From: Elainellaceae cyanobacterium
GTDB lineage: Bacteria; Cyanobacteriota; Cyanobacteriia; CAKZMO01
Direction of reading: 5' to 3'
DNA: 64,000 bases
NCBI GenBank assembly: GCA_050331615.1
Contig: JBHJGR010000160.1
Span: forward strand, 6,482-70,481
The notes beneath the pieces are model-generated. The model did not search any database and had not been told where the DNA came from. It saw only the letters and a list, made by a program, of their open reading frames with translations. Made by a program: the position numbers and the translations under genes. The number at the start of each line of letters is the position of its first letter. Position 1 is the first letter of the stretch. Of this stretch, positions 59,399 to 64,000 are shown piece after piece.

Positions 59399-62300
59399 CT
59401 AGTCCAAAATCGCGGCCTTATTCAGGGCAATGAGCTTCTTGAAGGCGTCATTGTCCAGTTCCGTCAGCCAGGACTCATCTGACCCAACGATCGCCCCCGC
59501 CAGCTTCTTCTTATCCTCAATCATCTCGTCAATGCGCTCCTCCAGGGTGCCCATGGCGACAAACTTGTGGACAAACACGTTTTTGGTCTGGCCGATGCGA
59601 AAGGCGCGATCGGTGGCCTGGTCTTCCACCGCCGGATTCCACCAGCGGTCAAAGTGAAATACGTGATTGGCCCGAGTGAGCGTGATGCCCACGCCGCCTG
59701 CTTTCAGTGAGAGAACAAAGATGGAGGGACCAGTCTCCGGGGCCTGAAAGTCTTCAATCATGCGCTCCCGCTTTTTGCGGCTGGTGCCACCGTGCAGATA
59801 GTAGGTGTTGTAGTGGCAGGTGTGGCGCAGGTACTTCTCCAGGGCATCCCCCAAATCCGTGAACTGGGTAAAGATTAGGGTACTTTCTCCCTCCTGGATA
59901 ATCTCGTCAAGCATTTCCAATAGGCGGCTGAGTTTGTGCGATCGCTCTGCCGTAAACTCGCTGTCGTCCTGGAGAAACTGCATGGGGTGGTTGCAAATCT
60001 GCTTCAGCTTCAGCAGGGTAGAGAGGATCAGCCCCTTCCGCTGCATGCCCTCCGCCTTTTGTAGCTGCTCTGCCACATCCTTAATGGTGGCTTCGTAAAG
60101 GGAGGCTTGCTCCCTGGTGAGGTTGCAGTAGACCTTTTGCTCGACTTTGTCTGGTAGATCTTTGATAATGCTGGCATCCGTCTTCACCCGCCGCAGAATG
60201 AAGGGTTCCACCAGGGCTTTCAGCGTCTTTGATTTAATTGGATCGTTGTACTTTTGAATCGGGACTTCAAAGTTCTGGCGAAACTGGCTCTGCTTGCCCA
60301 AATAGCCGGGATTCAGGAAGTTGAAGATCGACCACAGATCCAGCAAACGGTTCTCCACGGGAGTGCCCGTCAACGCCAGCCGGTGATGAGCATTGAGCTT
60401 GAGAATTGCCCTGGTTTGGGCCGTTTTGGGATTTTTGATGTTTTGCGCCTCATCCAGCACCACCCGATGCCAGTTGATGCCCTCCAGCAGTTTGGCATCC
60501 ATCCGCGCCAAGGTAAATGAAGTAATCACTACATCATGAGTCTGGCAAGCGGTCTTGAACTCTTTGGCGTCCTTGATGCGCTGGCTGCCGTGATGCACCA
60601 GGGCGGTCAACTGAGGCGCAAACTTGTGAATCTCATGCTGCCAGTTGCCCACGACGGAGGTCGGCGCAATCAGCAAAGTGGGCGGCATTTCCTCCACGCC
60701 AGCCGCTGCTGCCTGCTCCTTCTCCTGCACCATGCGGGCAATGACCTGCACCGTTTTGCCCAAACCCATGTCGTCGGCCAAACAGCCGTTCAGCCCCAGA
60801 CTTTCTAAATAGTGGAGCCAGGACACGCCCCGCTTTTGATAGCCCCGCAGAACGCCGTTTAACCCCTCTGGATCGTCGATCGCCTCTAGTTGGCTTTTGT
60901 CGTGCAGCTTGGAGAGCATGGAGGAAAGGGTGCGATCGCGCTCGTAATCCACCTCGATGTCTTCATCTTCGGAAGCTGAAGCCGCTAGCTTCATAAAGTC
61001 CAGCAGGCTCATTTCCGGGTTCTCTTGCTGCTGCTCTTTCCAAAACTTGAGCATCTGCTGCATCTTGTCCTTGTCCAGCTCCATCCACTTGCCCCGGAAC
61101 TTTACCAGGGAAGTCTTAGCATCGACAAGTTGCTGCCATTCTTCCTCGCTAACGGGTTCATCCCCCACCGCCAGCTCGTACTGGTACTCCACCAATGTAT
61201 CAAAGGAAAAATATTGCTTGCTCTTATCGTCACCGCCAGGGGACTTGCCCGTCGCCTTGAGGCGCATTTTGGCCCGCTGCCGTCCTTTAGGCGTCCACCA
61301 GGCAGGTACAAAGACTTTGTAGCCTGCGTCCTCCAGTACCCAGGCCGACTCTTTGAGAAAGTCGAAGGCAGTTTCCAGCGTCACCCAGATGCCCACGGGC
61401 TGGTCAGTTTCCAGCCCCCGCCAGAAATTGGGATAGATGCGAGCCGCATACCCCAGGTTCATCAGCAAATGCTGCTCAAAGTGGTCACCAAACTGTTTGC
61501 GCAGTTCAGTCTGCTGATTGGACTTTAGCCGCCAGTAGTCCAGCAACGAAATGCGCAGGGAAGGATCATGTTTGGGCGCTACCTGAAACTGAATTAGCCA
61601 AGGGTCCTGGGGCTCGGCTGGCTCAAGGATCTGGAAGCACACATGAAAAGGAGCGGCAGTTTGGGAGCGGGTGATGCGATCGCGCCAGCTCTGCCACTTC
61701 TTGTACTGCGCCAAACCATTGCGGGTAACCCAGGGGGTGCTGGATTCTGGGTGGAGACATTCCTGCACCAGCGTATCGGCAATCTTTTTCTCAAAGGTTT
61801 GGGGCAGCTTGGTGCTGGTGACCAGCTCGGTGAGCAAGCATTCAGAAAAGTGGCGCAGCAAGGTACTGGCATCATAAAGTTCGGGCTGCTCCTGGGGGGC
61901 ATCGGTGCCCGCAGCGCAGGCCAGGGGCAGGTGTTCGGCATAGTACTCAATCATGGACGCGTACTGCTCCCCCACGATCTCCCATCCTGGATAGATCTCA
62001 AAACTGGTGTGCGATCGCGACTTTGACTGCCCGGCGGTTTGGCGGGTCTTTTTTGCCCTGGTAGTAGACTTTGAAGCATTGCGCCGGGATGAAGCAGATG
62101 AGTGGCTGGTCGAGGTCTGGCGGGTTTTAGTTTGCTGACCAGTAGACTGCTTTGCCAGTTCCCGGTATTTGAGGGCAGGAATGTATTGGTCTTTAAGCAG
62201 GACGGTTTTAAATGCCTGAATAAAGTGATACCAAAAGAACAGATCGGCCCCCAGCTGCATATCAGCCAGGCCGTGCAGCGCCATGAAGTGCAGATCCGTC

Positions 62301-62704
62301 AGCAGGGAAACGATATTGCGGTTGGCTGCAGAGTTCCCCTGCAGCGGCAGCCGGTAGCAGTCCACCTGCCAATAGCGCCAGTCAACCTCGCCAATTATCT
62401 CCTCGTCGTCTTCTAGGTAGCGCGACAGTTCTACAGAAGGCAGGGGAGCGTCGTCGGCAGTGGGCAGCAGGAAATAGCGGGGGGCGATCGCCTCGTTCTT
62501 TGACTGACTAGGCGGCAGCGCAATGGCCAGTTCCTCGGCGAGAAACGCCTGCAAATCTGTGGCCAGCAGGTGACGGGGATGAGTATCCTTCGCCTTCTTC
62601 CGCCGCCGCGTCTGCTCGCTTGTCTCTACCCAGAGGTAAAATGCCCCCGCCTGAATGAACGATGTCGCCGCATCTGGAATCCAGGTTCCATGAAGAATCT
62701 TCAT
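59399..62704 (-). CDS. SNF2-family helicase with a ~550-aa N-terminal non-helicase region
   Basis: SNF2_N motifs (LADDMGLGKTVQVIA, DEAQNIKNP) and a helicase C domain (LIFTQF...DRWWNP..QATDRAFRIGQ). Start at ATG 62704. Confidence 0.8.
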   Translation of the reverse strand: MKILHGTWIPDAATSFIQAGAFYLWVETSEQTRRRKKAKDTHPRHLLATDLQAFLAEELAIALPPSQSKNEAIAPRYFLLPTADDAPLPSVELSRYLEDDEEIIGEVDWRYWQVDCYRLPLQGNSAANRNIVSLLTDLHFMALHGLADMQLGADLFFWYHFIQAFKTVLLKDQYIPALKYRELAKQSTGQQTKTRQTSTSHSSASSRRNASKSTTRAKKTRQTAGQSKSRSHTSFEIYPGWEIVGEQYASMIEYYAEHLPLACAAGTDAPQEQPELYDASTLLRHFSECLLTELVTSTKLPQTFEKKIADTLVQECLHPESSTPWVTRNGLAQYKKWQSWRDRITRSQTAAPFHVCFQILEPAEPQDPWLIQFQVAPKHDPSLRISLLDYWRLKSNQQTELRKQFGDHFEQHLLMNLGYAARIYPNFWRGLETDQPVGIWVTLETAFDFLKESAWVLEDAGYKVFVPAWWTPKGRQRAKMRLKATGKSPGGDDKSKQYFSFDTLVEYQYELAVGDEPVSEEEWQQLVDAKTSLVKFRGKWMELDKDKMQQMLKFWKEQQQENPEMSLLDFMKLAASASEDEDIEVDYERDRTLSSMLSKLHDKSQLEAIDDPEGLNGVLRGYQKRGVSWLHYLESLGLNGCLADDMGLGKTVQVIARMVQEKEQAAAAGVEEMPPTLLIAPTSVVGNWQHEIHKFAPQLTALVHHGSQRIKDAKEFKTACQTHDVVITSFTLARMDAKLLEGINWHRVVLDEAQNIKNPKTAQTRAILKLNAHHRLALTGTPVENRLLDLWSIFNFLNPGYLGKQSQFRQNFEVPIQKYNDPIKSKTLKALVEPFILRRVKTDASIIKDLPDKVEQKVYCNLTREQASLYEATIKDVAEQLQKAEGMQRKGLILSTLLKLKQICNHPMQFLQDDSEFTAERSHKLSRLLEMLDEIIQEGESTLIFTQFTDLGDALEKYLRHTCHYNTYYLHGGTSRKKRERMIEDFQAPETGPSIFVLSLKAGGVGITLTRANHVFHFDRWWNPAVEDQATDRAFRIGQTKNVFVHKFVAMGTLEERIDEMIEDKKKLAGAIVGSDESWLTELDNDAFKKLIALNKAAILD

Positions 62705-62932
62705 CGCTAGTCCTGTCACTGTCTCGCTTAGACTTGACTCTATCAGATTTTTGGAGTAAGCGAAGCTACACGCTTTGCTAACAAGCACCCTACTGGATGA
62801 CTGCAAAGGGCGATCGCCCCTAACCCAAAAGAATGAACATTTTTATTTTTCCTTGAAAAGAAATAATGATTAGGAAAATTTGCCTAGAAAGAAGGAGCAA
62901 ATCTCCGTCTCACCGCAGCTCTGCAAGACTTT

Positions 62933-64000
62933 ATGGACTATCAGCCCGCCGAAGATGCTTCCTTGCCAGCCCTCAAACCCCTTTTCGCTGAAAACAACAT
63001 AACTGCCCTCCTGCCGTCAGACAGCATCTTTAGGACAGACAAACCCGACGATCTGTCCCATCAGCCGGTCCATATCGACCCGCTTACCGGCGTGCGCGTT
63101 AATAGGGAGGAACAAACTGCGCCGCCTCCCCCCCCGCCGCTGCGGCGACAGCAGAGTGTCGATCGAGCGGTCCAGCCCAAGCCCTCCGTCATGAACACGC
63201 CCAAGGCACCCAAGGGCGACGAAACCATCCTGCCGAGCGCAAACCTGCAGGGCCAGGACTTAAGCCATGAGGACCTGAAGCTAGCTGATTTAAGCCGCCT
63301 CAATCTCAGGGAAACTAAGTTCTGCCGGGCGGATTTGTACGGTGCGCACCTCCAGGAAGCAGATTTGGAGCAGGCGGACCTGTCTAACGCCGACATGGAA
63401 GAGGCCGACCTCAGCCTGGCGAACCTCGCCCAGGCGCGGCTCTATGGCACTAATTTGAGCTTTGCAATGCTCTATACGGCGAACCTGAGTCGGGCAGACC
63501 TGCAATATACTGACTTTTCCTATGCGGATTTGCGAGAAGCGGATATGTACGGCGCAAATTTGCAGAAGGGTAATTTTCATGAAGCCCATTTAAGCTTTGC
63601 CTACCTGGGTAGCGCTGACTTTAGCGGTTCCCAAATGTCCCAGGTCAATGCTCGGGAGGCGATTATCCACAGCGCTAAGGGGGTTGGCGCAAATCTTCAG
63701 AAGGCAATTTTGCTGCGAGTAGACTTTAGCAAAACCGACCTATCCAATGCGGACCTCACCGGGGCTAAGCTGCAGTATTCCATCTTTCAGGCCGCCCGCC
63801 TGCGCGGGGCTCGGTTGATCGAAGCCGATATCTCTCTGGCTAATTTCTTCAAGAGCTGTCTTCGAGACGCCAGTCTAGCCCAGGCGATCGCCCACAGCAC
63901 CAACTTTGCCCAGGCCGATCTCGGCGGCGCATCCCTGATTGGAGCACACCTCGAAACGGCTAATTTCCAGGAGGCAAACCTATCCTATGCTTTGCTGCGG
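62933..64000 (+). CDS. Pentapeptide-repeat protein, 3'-truncated at the window edge
   Basis: ATG at 62933; the frame is open to nt 64000. The C-terminal two-thirds are A(D/N)LxxADL repeats (ADLSNADMEEADLSLANLAQARL...). It has no stop in the window, so the track does not list it. Confidence 0.6.
   Translation, partial: MDYQPAEDASLPALKPLFAENNITALLPSDSIFRTDKPDDLSHQPVHIDPLTGVRVNREEQTAPPPPPPLRRQQSVDRAVQPKPSVMNTPKAPKGDETILPSANLQGQDLSHEDLKLADLSRLNLRETKFCRADLYGAHLQEADLEQADLSNADMEEADLSLANLAQARLYGTNLSFAMLYTANLSRADLQYTDFSYADLREADMYGANLQKGNFHEAHLSFAYLGSADFSGSQMSQVNAREAIIHSAKGVGANLQKAILLRVDFSKTDLSNADLTGAKLQYSIFQAARLRGARLIEADISLANFFKSCLRDASLAQAIAHSTNFAQADLGGASLIGAHLETANFQEANLSYALLR

Overview
Cyanobacterial chromosomal window of about 50 protein-coding genes, mostly housekeeping, with at least five families of short hairpin-rich dispersed repeats. 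The most system-like feature is a four-gene, same-strand cluster at 2084-6983 whose products resemble the actinobacterial polyprenyl-phospho-D-arabinofuranose (DPA) donor pathway, a module I am not aware of being described in cyanobacteria; its products are a UbiA/DPPR-synthase-like prenyltransferase, a DprE1-like FAD oxidase, a DprE2-like SDR reductase, and a HAD phosphatase fused to an LPG-synthase-TM (flippase-like) domain. A distinct ~75 bp hairpin repeat (R2) sits at three of its gene junctions. The octamer GCGATCGC (HIP1) is very frequent, and petE, rca and pxcA/cemA are present, which together place the window in cyanobacteria. Recognisable genes include pstS (5'-truncated), htpX, glmS, murQ, gltA, coaD, purH, xseAB, recA, nfi, ugd, a UXS-type UDP-glucuronate decarboxylase, speA, cobU, a MATE exporter, an NhaP antiporter, a histidine kinase with a pseudo-receiver partner, and polyamine-type ABC transporter components. 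Repeat family R1 (~93 bp, multi-hairpin) has 10 copies, all intergenic except one that supplies the last five codons and stop codon of the aminopeptidase P gene. No tRNA, rRNA, CRISPR array, transposase or integrase was found. Other points of interest are a NurA-like nuclease next to xseBA and recA, a divergent UvrD-like P-loop protein, an 1101-aa SNF2 helicase, a polysaccharide deacetylase fused to a phosphodiester-glycosidase domain, and a 500-bp AT-rich intergenic island with iterated ATGCAAA/TTTGCAT motifs. All calls come from reading the translations and sequence by eye; no database search was possible.
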